Shown here piece after piece: positions 14,201 through 27,770 of a stretch of 64,000 bases of DNA. Source of the stretch: Eledone cirrhosa (Eukaryota); contig OZ024745.1 of the NCBI GenBank assembly GCA_964016885.1, forward strand, positions 73,470,001-73,534,000. The letters are read 5' to 3'. Every line of letters starts with the position of its first letter. The first letter of the stretch is position 1. A program made the position numbers and the translations under genes. Below the pieces are notes generated by a model. That model saw only the letters and a program-made list of their open reading frames with translations. It ran no database searches and was not told where the DNA came from.

Positions 14201-14523
14201 AAAATGATCTCCCGTCGCTTTAATTCTTCTATGATCCTGACTGACAAGATACTTCCATTACTGAAAATCAAATACTGTATAAAATGTGTACGTTTATTAA
14301 ACAGCGGCCAGGAAAGACAGTCTCCAATTTCTCCGAAGCTCCCATCCTTTCGGATTACCCTTGGAAATGAATGGTAAATCCGAAAAAAACTTTGGGACTA
14401 ATAAATTACTAAAGTAACAATCACCTCTCTCAATTCCCTTCCGACTTGTTTTTACATTATACGGCTTCCTAAACATTTCACTTTCATATTCCAAAATAAT
14501 ACAACCAAACTACCACTCATTCC

Positions 14524-14611
<88 letters not shown>

Positions 14612-14617
<6 letters not shown>

Positions 14618-15400
14618 ATACTTTGGGAGGGTCATGTTGCCAATAAGAAACACACGCACCAGTGCTTTCACTTCAATTTATTATATATTTATAAATTTAC
14701 AAATTTATAAATTTCTGGTTGGTTGGTTGGTTCCACAACCAGATAGTTGTTTATATATAGTCATAGTTCTTTCGTCACACACTCTGTGACCTCTTCAGTG
14801 ACTGGGGATTCCTTTCTTTGTTTCTGTGCCTCTCCTTTGTTCTGTCCTACGCCATTTTGTTTCTGTGTGTGTGTTGTGTGCTCAGTCTGCGCATGCGCCA
14901 CATCCGGGTGTCTGCAACGAGTGGAACAGCAACATCACAACTTACAATTAAGGACAAAATGAAAACACACACACACATAGAACAAACAACCAACAAGTAA
15001 CATGTAAATAAACAAATAAATAAATGAACATAAACACACACAGACACCCGGATGTGGCGCATGCGCAGACTGAGCACACAACACACACACAGAAACAAAA
15101 TGGCGTAGGACAGAACAAAGGAGAGGCACAGAAACAAAGAAAGGAATCCCAGTCACTGAAGAGGTCACAGAGTGTGTGACGAAAGAACTATGACTATATA
15201 TAAACAACTATCTGGTTGTGGAACCAACCAACCAACCAGAAATTTATAAATTTGTAAATTTATAAATATATAATAAATTGAAGTGAAAGCACTGGTGCGT
15301 GTGTTTCTTATTGGCAACATGACCCTCCCAAAGTATAACAATATCGGTTTCAACACACGATTTCAGATAAAGAATCTTGCTAAACAAATTCAGAAACGAA
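14612..15400. mobile_element. Large fold-back insert in (TA)n (family H6)
   Basis: Arms about 14612-14914 and 15041-15343 are nearly identical; the right arm extends about 57 bp further. Confidence 0.9.
15151..15195 (+). ncRNA. Canonical minimal type I hammerhead ribozyme (H6); mirror copy 14759-14803(-)
   Basis: AGTCA CTGAAGA g-gtcaca-gagtg-tgtgac GAAA gaac TA TGACT: perfect stem I, 6-bp stem II, full core, minimal stem III. Confidence 0.88.
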
Positions 15401-15420
15401 ATATATATATATATATATAT

Positions 15421-16165
15421 AGTTAAAGAATGAAGAGTAACATGGTTGGCTGTACAATAAGGGCTTTGTTTAAAGTACTGACAATTGTTTCGTTTATCAG
15501 GTGAGTCTAGAGTTCGCTAATCGCCTGAGGTTGCGTCATTCGATCTCCAATACATTATTTACCTCTGTTATTGTTTTGATTATACGTTATTGTTTTGATT
15601 ATACGCTATTTTTCTATATAAGTCTTGCTCGAGTGAATTACTTTCATATCTACGTACTCTGATGTGTTGATCAGAGGTAAATAATTGTTTCTACTTTTGG
15701 CACAAGGCCAGCAATTATTCCAGTATATTACTGGTACTTTATTTTATCGACCCCGTAAGGATGAAAGGCAAAGTTAACCTCGGCGGGATTTGAACTCAGA
15801 TCGTAAAGGGACATAACTATGCTGGAAAGCATGTCCGACACTCTATCGATACTGCCAACTCGTAAATAATGTATTGGAGATCGAATGACGCAACCTCAAG
15901 CGATTAGCGAACTCTAAACTCACCTCATCAACGAAACAATTGTCAGTACTTTAAATAAAGCCCCTATTGTACAGCCAACCATGTTACTCTTCATTCTTTA
16001 ACCATTATTACTCCAAATATAACCTGCACAGAAATTACCGCTAACTCGCTGCATATCTATGGAAGCATCTTGTTGAGTCAAACAAAGCCGTACGTTAAAA
16101 CTATCCACGGTGCGCAGAGTACTCACAACCTCTAACTGGATTACCAATAACGATAACTTGTTATC

Positions 16166-16168
<3 letters not shown>
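15421..16168. mobile_element. Fold-back insert (family H7) whose HHR is interrupted by a SINE
   Basis: Arms 15422-15560 and 15863-16002, extension to 16168. HHR parts: gtact(15654) CTGATGT gttgat...atcaac GAAAC aatt GTC agtac(15949). Related diverged copy at 53068-53478. Confidence 0.75.
15686..15861 (-). mobile_element. tRNA-derived SINE with 9-bp TSD gtaaataat
   Basis: TSD at 15677-15685 and 15862-15870. Confidence 0.92.
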
Positions 16169-16240
<72 letters not shown>

Positions 16241-16936
16241 ATAATATTTTCGAATCAGCGAGCAAGTTTGAAATTGTTATAAATGTAAGCTATCGCCGTA
16301 TTTTGACTAAAGAAATTAAAGAAATTATTTTAGCCTGATAGTGGGGTTAAGAACCCTCGGAGAAATGGAAAAAGATGAGTATTGACGCTCATGTACGTAC
16401 ATGTACGTCAATACTCATCTTTTTCCATTCAGAAATAATGAGTTTTGTTTATTGAAGAATATAAAAACATGTATGAATAAGTAACCTTTTAAGAACAAGG
16501 TTGAGATGGACCAATAGTAAAAATAGGAAGAGGCAATATAGACCCTTAAGTTGGTAGTAGAAGATGAATAAATTAGCAGTCAGGGAATGAGGTATCGAAT
16601 GACCTTTAAGAAAAGAAAAGAAAGTTGCGAGTGTAAAGGAATTTTATGTGCATAACACTCCCTGAAACATAAGTAATACACATATGAAGTTTGAAAAGAA
16701 TCGGTTGGGTGCTTCTCGAGTTTTAGGGCTTCAAGCTCACAAACACACACACACACACAAACAATATGACCCTCCCAAACTTTTTCCTATTACCCACTCT
16801 ACTACCCTAAGTATTGAGTACTCTGGTGCGTTATGGTCCATCTGGTTCCTTACCACATTTCCTTCGTTATATATATATATATATATTGTTATATTTGGGG
16901 AGGGTCATATTGTTATCTATATATATAAAACTGAGG

Positions 16937-17010
<74 letters not shown>

Positions 17011-17306
17011 CTGTAAGCTGGAATCCCTAAAACTCGAGAAGCACCCAACCGATTCTTTTCCAACTTCATATGTGTATTATTTATATTTCAGGGAGTGTTA
17101 TGCACATAACATTCCTGTACACTCGCAACTTTCTTTTCTTTTCTTAAAGGTCATTCGATACCTCATTCCCTGACTGCTGATTTATTCATCTTCTACTACC
17201 AGCTTAAGGATCTATATTGCCTCTTCCTATTTTTACTATTGGTCCATCTCAACCTTGTTCTTAAAAGGTTACTTATTCATACATGTTTTTATAATCTTCA
17301 ATAAAC

Positions 17307-17455
17307 AAAACTCATTATTTCTGAAGACGGCGGGTAGGGAAGACGTATGTATATTTTCTTACTTTGATAATTTGTAATATATTTTACATAGATCACTAAT
17401 AGAATGAACATACGGAGAACTACCCCCCAGAAGCTATCGTAAAATAATGAGTTTT
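17307..17455 (+). ncRNA. Type I HHR in the PLE-1 5' pLTR with a stem II of about 100 nt
   Basis: 14-bp perfect stem I aaaactcattattt/aaataatgagtttt; CTGAAGA; stem II includes gggtag/ctaccc and cgtatgt/acatacg; GAAGC-tatc-GTA (A15.1 replaced by G). Confidence 0.75.
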
Positions 17456-17723
17456 ACTATGAATTATCCGTATTTTGTTTAATTTCATTGTTTTCACTAT
17501 TTGTATTATTTTGACTCTGCTTCCAATGAATTATATCGTTGAAATTTTGTATTTTAAACTTTGCTTCACGACATCTTCTACATACGGATTACATTGAGTT
17601 CTTCATACGGCTTGGACCCTACCATTAATTGGTGGATTTATCTGTGTACTCTGCTCGTTTTTTATTACTTTTTTCATTAATATATTTAGTTGAGCTCTTA
17701 ATCTTGTCTAATATCCGTATTCG

Positions 17724-20700
17724 GTGAAAAATGTACCAATTCCCTCTAAAGATGAATTCCTTCTTCTTATACAAAAAACTAACCAATTTATTAGAAGAGT
17801 TCGCTGGCGGGCGTACCACTTCGACAACAAAACCAAAAGGGATGAGAAGAAAAACTTTTATGACTTTCGCACATATAAAAACCCTCCTCGCAATTCAATA
17901 CTTGAACATTTTGAAAAAGATTTACTCAATATGGAATTCCTCAAATTTAGGAAACACAAATCAAACTTTCAAAAAGAACTGGACTCTACCCTATTTAAAC
18001 TAAAAAACTCTAGTAAAGTTCATGTCAACTCTGACAAAACTGGAAACCTATACCATATGAACATCGATAAATATAACCAATTCATTTATAAGGAACTAAG
18101 GAAAAACTACAAGAAAATCAATAGTACAGCACTTACCTCTATAAACAATAAATCACATACCATAGTAAAAAAACTCAATATCGAAGATAGAACCGAACCT
18201 TTCACACCGAAAAATCAACACTTTAATCTGAAAGATCATAAATCTGACTTCAACTCGAACCCATCGATTAGACTCATATACCCCTCTAAGTCGGACATTG
18301 GAGTAATAAGCGAGAAAATTCTTGATAAAATTATCCCACAACTAAGGAAACATGTAAAACTACCGCTGTGGGAAACCACTTCCCAAGTTATCAATTGGTT
18401 CACCGACATCAAAAATAAGCCCTCAGCTTCATTTCTCCAATTCGACATCGATGCATATTATTCATCAATATCCCCCATACTACTGAACAAAGCTTTAATT
18501 TTTCGCCAAAAATAGATCGGACATAACTATGAAGGACATTAACATCATCACATATGCCAGGCAAACACTACTGGACTTCCAAGACGAGTATTGGACTAGA
18601 AACACATATAGCGATTTATACGATATCACTGTGGGGTCGATGGATTCTGCCCAGGTTACGGACCTTGTGGGCTTCTTTCTCCTATATAATTTAAATTCCA
18701 CTTTTCCCCACCTCAAAGGTGGTCTATATCGCAATGACTGTCTTCTTCTATCTAACAATCTTAGTCTCTCAGCTATTGAGAGAAATAAAAAACAAATTAG
18801 AAAATTCCTCAAAGATTACTATAATCTTACCATTACTTTTGAAAATAGCACTAAAGTGGTCAATTTCCTCGACATCACTTTGGATCTATCAACAGGCATT
18901 TACCAACCCTACCATAAACCAAACCAAAACCTGCATTATATACACTCACAATCTAACCACCCTGGTTCCATACTAAAAAATATAGTGTACAATATCTCAC
19001 TCAGATTATCTAAATGATCATCTAATGAAGAAATATTCTATAAAAATGCACAATATTATAATGAGGCTTTAACTAGAAGTGGCTACAAGGATAAAATATT
19101 TTACATACCTAACACCATAAATACCTCCAACATACAAGCAAACATAAACAACAAACACCATAAGAAACACCTAAAAGTTAATGCCAGCAATAAAGCACCG
19201 AAAAACCTAAATCCTACCATTACTCCTAGTACCCGCATAACATGAATGAAACAAACTCTCTAAAAACAATCAATCCTAACGCTTCTGAATACTTCTATAA
19301 CCTACCTAATAATATTACTACAAACCATACGAAAACACCTAACTCCATTAATCTTAAAAAAGCAGTTAATAATAACATCTTATATCTTAATTCTCACAAT
19401 AAATCTAATGATATATTACCTATTTCATTGAACCTTCAACCTAACCAAACCACATCTTTACAATCCAATAAACCAGAGAAACATATCCTAACTACTATAA
19501 ATAACAAGAATAATACCAAAATACCAGGTCCAATCAATAAGGCTCCATTAATAAAACTCCCAATATCTTTAAATCAAACAAAAAACAATAAATCAAAAAC
19601 TAATACAATTAAAAAATCTACTAAACAGTTTGTTCACACCCCTAATAACAATCACAATGTTATAGTATCATCTTATAACAAAATCTACCCTCAAACTTCT
19701 ATACATACCCAATATAACAATAGGAAACCAATTAGAAACCATAAAAGAAACGTAACATGGTATGACGCTCCATTTAACTTGCAAACTATGGGCCAATCCC
19801 TAAACATTTTTTTGCAATTCTAGATAAAAATTTCCCACCTAACCACAAATACCATCAAATCTTAAACAGATATACAGTAAAATTTTCTTACTCCACATCG
19901 AGCAATATACAACAAAAAATAAGTGCATATAACATCTATAAATGTAAAAAAGCTCCATGTATACCTTTAGCACACCACACACAAACTAACTATAATAATA
20001 CTACAACGCATAACCAGAATATTATTACCTATCCACCAGTTAAATCCACTCACTCACCTCACCAACACAATACATCAGCCTGCAACCAATTACCGTCTTC
20101 CTCATCCTTAATAGGAACTAAGAATTACATACCCAATCTGACCAATAACTTCCAAAACAACCATGATTCTATAAACACTATATCCCCTATAATTTCACCA
20201 ACTAACAACCCTTCGAGCCATGACCACCCAACCGCAAATCCTTCTCTCTCATATAAAAATGTAAATACAAATACTAGCACTATTATTGAGAATATAGCAA
20301 GCACGTCTGAAACCCTATGTACAAACGGTTGTAATTGTAGAGTAAAAAGTAATTGCTCCTTAAATGGAAATTGCTTAATCAATAATATAGTGTATAAATG
20401 TATAATTACCACTAAGGGCTCTAATCAATCCTATATTGGATCCATATCTAATCCGTTTAAATCGAGATTTTATGCACACACCCACAGTTTTCGAAACACA
20501 AGATTAGCTAATACCACTTCTTTAGCGGAAGCAGTTAATAATTGTAAAAAGAATAAAATTAATTATAATCTAACTTGGAAGATTCTCAAAAGAGCCATTT
20601 CTTATCAGGGCAATAGAAAGGAGTTTCCAAGAAATTTTTGAAATTACTAAATCGAAAGACATTCTATTAAATAAAAGACAGGAATTAATTACTGCATTTA

Positions 20701-20744
20701 ACCATAGAATTAGAAAGACATTCAAGTATTATAAATACAACTAA
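17724..20744 (+). pseudogene. PLE-1 reverse transcriptase plus C-terminal GIY-YIG endonuclease, frameshifted
   Basis: KNVPIP start, DKTGN, QFDIDAYYSSI, DITVGSMDSA, LYRNDCL (YRDD decayed), NFLDITLDL, YIHSQSNHP, WYDAPFN, CNC-x5-C-x4-C, VYKC...YIG...FKSRFYAH. Split over ORFs 17724, 18529, 19242 and 20390. Confidence 0.93.
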
Positions 20745-21024
20745 ACAAATAAAAAAAAAAATATATATATATATATATATATGTATATATTTAAAAGAAT
20801 AGAGGTGTAACACACGAGTTCTGATATATTAGTAAAAGGAAAAGAAAATGCTGACAAATTGTTCCCAGTGAAAAATAGTTTAATTAGGAATAAGTAAAAA
20901 TTAGTAATAAGTATTGGTTAGTATTCAGTTTTAGTTTTAATTTTTTACCGGTTGCGCATTTCTAATGCTTTTCAAAAATAATTTTGAGATAGAGCGCCCG
21001 TGATGTTTGCTCTAATGTTTGTTC

Positions 21025-21355
<331 letters not shown>

Positions 21356-21774
21356 TACACCGGTCGGAAAAGCTTTTTTCTTCGACCTATTTAATTATAA
21401 GAGACTACTCTGAGTTTCTAACTCACTATATATATATGTGTGTATATACATTTTTTTCTTGCTATTAGAATTAATCCATAGATTCAATCCTATATCTCAT
21501 CCCTATAACTGTTTTAAATAATTAACTATTAATGAGCACTATATATTACATTATATTTAACACTCTAACAAAACTTTAACAGACATACATTTAAACCAGA
21601 TTATTAATGAGATTTCTTATTCGAAAATAAAATTCCCTACAGGTAAACCTTCATTCTGACAACTCTAACACAATACAATACTTACACAAATTTTATTATT
21701 TTCTTACCTATATATTTTTTAAATCTAAGTTTTACTTTTCTTTGGTTCCATCTATATTCCTCTACTTGTTCTAT

Positions 21775-21892
21775 TTTTAGAACAAATTATTCCTCTTGAA
21801 CAAAGAAATAACAAATATTTAGGATTGTTCTATACTATTCTACTGGATAATTTGTTATTTCTTTGTTCAAGAGGAATAATTTGTTCTAAAAT
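21775..21892. repeat. Short inverted repeat, about 41-bp arms
   Basis: ttttagaacaaattattcctcttgaacaaagaaataacaaat and its reverse complement. Confidence 0.9.
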
Positions 21893-22137
21893 CTTCCTTG
21901 ACTGTCCACACTTTTCTATACAATCTGTCTAAATTCCTTTACACTCGCAACTTTCTTTTCTTTTCTTAAAGGTCATTCGATACCTCATCCCTTGACTGCT
22001 AATTTATTCATCTACTACTACCAGCTTAATGATCTATATTGCCCCTTCCTATTTTTACTATTGGTCAATCTCAACCTTTACTTATTCATACATGTTTTTA
22101 TATTCTTCAATAAACAAAACTCATTATTTCTGAAGAC

Positions 22138-22283
22138 GGCGGTGGATTAGCAGTATCGGCAGAGGGTCGGACACTATGCTTTAACGTATAGAGTTACGCC
22201 CTTGCCATTCTGAGTTCAAATCGCGCCAAGGTTAACTTTGCCTTTCATCCTTACGGGGTCGATAAAATAAAGTACCAGTAATG
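22138..22283 (+). mobile_element. tRNA-derived SINE, 3'-truncated
   Basis: ggcggtggattagcagtatcgg head and B-box; abuts the PLE-1 3' pLTR just after its HHR core. Confidence 0.85.
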
Positions 22284-23420
22284 TAAATTGCACAAAACTT
22301 TCCTGTATTACAGCCCCACGTTATACCCTAACGGATAGCACGATCTATACGTGGATATTTTACGTCTTGATGTGGGAGCTAAGTATATGTTTTGTTTATT
22401 CCTTTACTTATTTGCATAGGTAAGTATATATTACCCGTATGTTTTGTGAAGGTATGTATACCTTCTCGTACGTATATTTGACTGTTATGGCGTATAATTT
22501 TTACATATTCTGGTATTTAGGGTTTGGCTATGTGTATACGGGAGTTTTGCGTCTGCGTGAGTATGCAGGTTCGTACGTATGGTGGGTGTGTGTATATGTG
22601 TACCTCTTGTTTTAGTTGACTTACGTCTCCGAACATTCGTGTATTTATATGTAGGTATGCGTGTGCGCTTGTTATATACGTATTTATTTACTTATATACG
22701 TTTATATAATTATTTATTTATTTGTACACAAGCATACACCACACACATATTTATATGTGCGTGGTTTTGTATACCTATGGTAAGGTTTTGCGTATGCTTG
22801 TGTATGTACGTATCTGTTTGCGTGTATGTATTTATTTGTTTCTATTACTTCTGTATTGTATTTATTTACTTTGTTCTTAACTCTGTAGTGGAGATTCATT
22901 TGGTCTCCTAGTTAGAATTTTAGTCTACGACTTCTGCTATACCATTTACGTGGTTTTGTCTTTGCGTGCTATTGTTCTCCACGCTCCACATATGACTTAT
23001 TATCTTCGTTTTTTCGTTCATTGCCAGAGAACGTCTCTATGCACCACCTAAGAGAACATTAGTCTACGACCTCTTTTATACCATAAACGTGGTTCTGTCT
23101 TTGCGCGTAATTGTTTTCACCGCTCCTATTAATGACGTATTATTCGTTTTTTCCCGTTCTTTGCCAGCGAACGTTACCACGAACCAAAGTATCGTCTTCC
23201 TGTCTTCCTCCGGTTGCAACGTTTTTTGAAATATCCAGTTCTGCGTTTACAGATTGACTTTGTTAGTTTCAGAAGATCCCGTTAAGGGTGAAAGCAGCGA
23301 TTCTTTGCTTAAACTTTAATCTGTTATTTTAATAAATATTTGCTCTACGGTTCTTATATATTTGATATATATTTTCCTTATCGAGCCCTCTTTGGATTTA
23401 GTCTTCAATTTTATTATTAT

Positions 23421-23424
<4 letters not shown>
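22284..23424 (+). mobile_element. 5'-truncated copy of the PLE-2 3' end (UTR plus pLTR with CAGAAGA HHR at 23265-23315)
   Basis: Colinear with 51709-53019. Confidence 0.92.
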
Positions 23425-23471
<47 letters not shown>

Positions 23472-23478
<7 letters not shown>

Positions 23479-24469
23479 AATTAGTATATCTACCAACATA
23501 TATATACAGATGCATACCTATGCTAGCAAATATATAAGTTTTATCTTAGTAACTTTGTGGTTAATGCAAGGGGATGCAGAACAATTATATGAAAGACGTA
23601 AAATAAGAAAATTATAAAAATTAACTTACTAAAATTTCATTCCAATTAATTACTATCTGAAAGGGAATAAACATGGTTTCCAAATGGAAAGCATGGAGAA
23701 GCCATTTCGTCATCAGGAAGTCGTTCTCAGCTAAGATCCCAGGCGATGCGTGGACACGGGGAACTTATACAAAAATAATTCAGTGGATGGAAAAAAGCAA
23801 GCGTGGACTAAATTCCAAGACATTGAAAAAATCACTGCCTACTTGGTCGGTGGCAAATTCAAAAGAATCAATCACGTGACATCGAGGTTAATCATATACA
23901 GATGTAAGTTAATTTTTATAATTTTCTTATTTTACGTCTTTCATATAATTGTTCTGCATCCCCTTGCATTGAACCACAAAGTTACTAAGACAAAACCTAT
24001 ATATTTGCTAGCATAGGTATGCACCTGTATATATATATGTTGGTAGATATACTAATTCCTTATAATTATCTCCAAATTATTTTGTTGAGCAAAAATTTGC
24101 CAAAACTGCTACTATAGTTCATAGTAATAGCTTGGCTACTGTCTTTTTAATACCACTCTCCTCACTGATTAACCTCGATGTCACGTGATTGATTCTTTTG
24201 AATTTGTCACCGACCAAGTAGGCAGTGATTTTTTCAATGTCTTGGAATTTAGTCCACGCTTGCTTTTTTCCATCCACTGAATTATTTTTGTATAAGTTCC
24301 CTGTGTCCACGCATCGCCTGGGATCTTAGCTGAGAATGACTTTCTGATGACGAAATGGCTTCTCCATGATTTCCATTTGGAAACCATGTTTATTCCTTTT
24401 CAGAAACTAATTAGTTGGAGTGAAATTTTAGTAAGTTAATTTTTATAATTTTCTTATTTTACGTCTTTC

Positions 24470-24472
<3 letters not shown>
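23472..24472. mobile_element. Complex inverted insert A-B-A'-x-B'-A'(part) with HHR-like core (family H8)
   Basis: 23472-23630 is inverted at 23905-24064; 23580-23893 is inverted at 24168-24472. CTGATGA cgaaatgg...ccatttg GAAAC cat GTT at 24344-24390; stem I weak. Confidence 0.7.
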
Positions 24473-24500
<28 letters not shown>

Positions 24501-24508
24501 TATATGGC

Positions 24509-24584
<76 letters not shown>

Positions 24585-24596
24585 ATGTGTGTGTGT

Positions 24597-24630
<34 letters not shown>

Positions 24631-26062
24631 CTATGTATGTATATATGTATGTACGTACGCACGCATGCATGTATGTATTCAATCATATATAAGGGCGTGC
24701 CTGCTGTATACTGAGATAAACTAAATGATAAAATATAAATAAATAATGATTATTATGAGTAGTGTCATGCCTCGTCTCAAATATTATCCTGCCTGAAGGA
24801 ATCATAAACCTGAAACCAACCATAAGGTAAAGTTCAAATAAAAGTTAGCTATACCAATAACGCTTTACAACAGTCAACCAAGACTTTAAAAATAAATCAA
24901 TATGATATGCGTTTCTAGAATAGCTTTTAAATATGCGATTCTATAGCTTCTTAAGTAAAAGAATGATGACTTAGGAGCATCATTTCTCATGTGATTCAAA
25001 TACCATTGGAACATTTCTACCGAATTATTAAAGAACAGGAATGGTTTATCACATGGCCAACATAAGGCGAAAACTCAATGCTACAAATGAATGTCATACA
25101 TTCTCTGCATTCCATGCATTCCAGTGATCTGAAGGAAACAACGTCACAGCAATCTCTATATATATTACATGAACATATTAAATAGTACTTCAAAGATTAA
25201 CGCAATGATCCCTTGGAAATAACATTTCGAAGAAAAAGAATTCCTGAGGCTAACTGAGTGTATGCTTTGGAATCTAGACAACACGTTCTGATGTAATAAA
25301 ATGTTGTACAACTACACGATGAAATAGAGATAATATTCAAGTTCGGAAAAGAAGAAACCGATATTGGCGTTATTCCAATCTTTTTCTCTAATATTATAAT
25401 TTACTGATGCATAATAATTTCATGCTCAATCTCGAGGGAATGGCGAGGGAATCGTAGAGTGACCGAAGGCCAAAATTTTTCAGATATCTATTTTAGTGAT
25501 TTTGCCCGAATGAAAAATAATGTTGAATTGCAGCCTTCAAACATATACTCTAGGGAAGCAGAGTCGACTAATTCATTCAACAGCTTATACTTCTTAGTTC
25601 CAAATTCACCCAGAAAACACAAGGTTTACAAACAAAGAGAAACATAAATGTTGCAGAAAGCTCTGTTCATTAGTCATTAACGATAGGATAAAAAGGAAGG
25701 AGGTTGTGTCAAAATATTTAGCCATTCTTCAATTGCAAAAGAGTGGCGAATATACAATTTAAAAAATTTCAAACAAAATTCGGTAAAGCTGCTGGTAATA
25801 AGAATATATATCAGATAAGTCTAATTCCTAATTATCAAAGAACAGCGACAACAACAACAGTAAAATCTAGTATGTTGCTACCACATGTAGCAATCTTCTA
25901 GGATCTCTACCTTTCACTCCATCTTCCTTTATACATGAGTATATTTTGTTTTCGCAAATTTGATTATCGACATCATGTTTCCAACTCCTTTGCTATGTTC
26001 AACTTCCCCATACCGACATTTTCTAGAAATCTGACAACTTATCTCTTTGATTCTATGTACGT

Positions 26063-26129
<67 letters not shown>

Positions 26130-26939
26130 TGTGCGCGTGTGTGCGTGTGCGTGTGCGTGTGTGTGTGTGTGTGAGGGTATTTGTTTTTCCACCAGCAGAG
26201 AAATTTGTTTCCATTAAATATTTTAGGTTAGGCTTTCCGAAACCCCATCCAATATTATGTATTTATCTTCCTCTCTCTTACCCATTCTCTTTTCACCTCT
26301 CTCTCTCCCTCTCTCCTCCTCCCCCTCTCTCTATATATATATACGTGGATATTCTCATACACATACACATAATTAAATTCTAATAATCTTAGCAGTTTCG
26401 TTTTGAGATATCCGCTTTAAGGCAGTTAATAATTGTGCTGTCATTATATTAACTATATTGAATATTTTGATCTTAAAGTATGGATATTATTATTTAATGA
26501 ATTAATTAAATAGCTAGAAGTATTAGAACCAACTATGTAGAATTTGTTTTCCAGTAGCCAATATCTCAAAGGAAAATCTAGCATATTCTAAAACAGTTAA
26601 ATGTATATTTGTATGTATTCGAATATCCAAAAGCGGTGTGTGAAGTTATATAAAATTTAACTTGTGGAATTAGGAATTTTTAACAGTCATATTTGTGAAT
26701 GGTATAAAATTTAAGCCTGGGGCTATTAAGAATTAACAGATAGGCAGATGTAGTAATTATATTCTTGGAGTATAGAATAGTTGGACATATGAAATTATTG
26801 CAAACAATATGATAATATAGTTAAATGTATAATGCTCGTTTGATTTAAAAAATTATTTTCTTAGTCTCTGTTATAAATTTTATTTTACACACAAAAAACA
26901 CACTCTGTGGTTAATAAAGAAATTATTATTATTATTGCA

Positions 26940-27162
26940 AGGTGGTGGATTGGCAGAATCGGTAGAGAGTCGGAGACCATGCTTTGCAGCATAGAGTTAC
27001 GGCACTTTATGGTCTTGTGTTCAAATCCCGCCGAGGTTAACTTTGCCTTTGATCCTTACGGGGTCGATAAAATAAAGTACCAGTCACGCACTGGGGTCGA
27101 TTTAATCGACATTCCCCTCCCCCAAAATTGCTGGCCTTGTGCCTATATAAGAAACCATTATT
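26940..27162 (+). mobile_element. tRNA-derived SINE, long variant
   Basis: Extra gtcgatttaatcgac-cccctccccc block; a similar variant lies at 61163-61372(-). Confidence 0.88.
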
Positions 27163-27433
27163 ATTGTTGTTCTTTTTCTTTATCATTCTTGTAAATCTCA
27201 ATTAAATGTTTGACCATTTGGATATTTCAAACTGGATATAACAAATTGACAAAAGTCCCTCCTTGCAACCTCTCCCGTGCCTTACATAGACAAGACTTTC
27301 CTTAAAATCCTTGCTGTGCCAAGAAATGCTGTCTTCTGCATGCCCTACAACTGTGCATCAATTCTGATCCTATTTACACACATATGGTAGAGCTTGCATC
27401 CTTCGCATTTTGGATAATAGTTTTGTAGTAATT

Positions 27434-27770
27434 GTTGTGCGTAGCTCGGAAATCAAAGAGTCACTCCAGGTAGAGCCACTACTTCTCCGAATTGAGAGAT
27501 CACAGCTTCGATACTACGGGCATGTTGTTAAAATATCTCAGGAAAGAACCGCTGTACAGATTTTACGGGCAAAACCCACCAGCGGGAGAGCCAGGAGTAG
27601 ACCGCGAGCAAAATAGTTGGATAACATCCATGAACTTGGCTGGTCTCACTTGGAGATCCAGCGGGATCAGTTGGAAACGGTTGCTTCCGACAGGACCCGC
27701 TGGAGGGAGTGTTTAAGGACTCTGCGCCACGACCATCTCAGGAATAATTGGGCAAAAAAGAAGAGAAGAA
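27434..27770 (+). mobile_element. RTE-type LINE 3' end
   Basis: EIKESLQVEPLLLRIERSQLRYYGHV...GRARSRPR; gaa-rich tail. Confidence 0.85.

Noticed and set aside
19015-19017. In-frame TGA in PLE-1 as possible selenocysteine
   Set aside because: Aligns to Leu in PLE-2/PLE-3 (LSRLS / ISNLS), not Cys; the copy has other frameshifts and a decayed YRDD motif.
23673-24387. Paired 68-aa ORFs on opposite strands
   Set aside because: A consequence of the inverted duplication; no coding signature.
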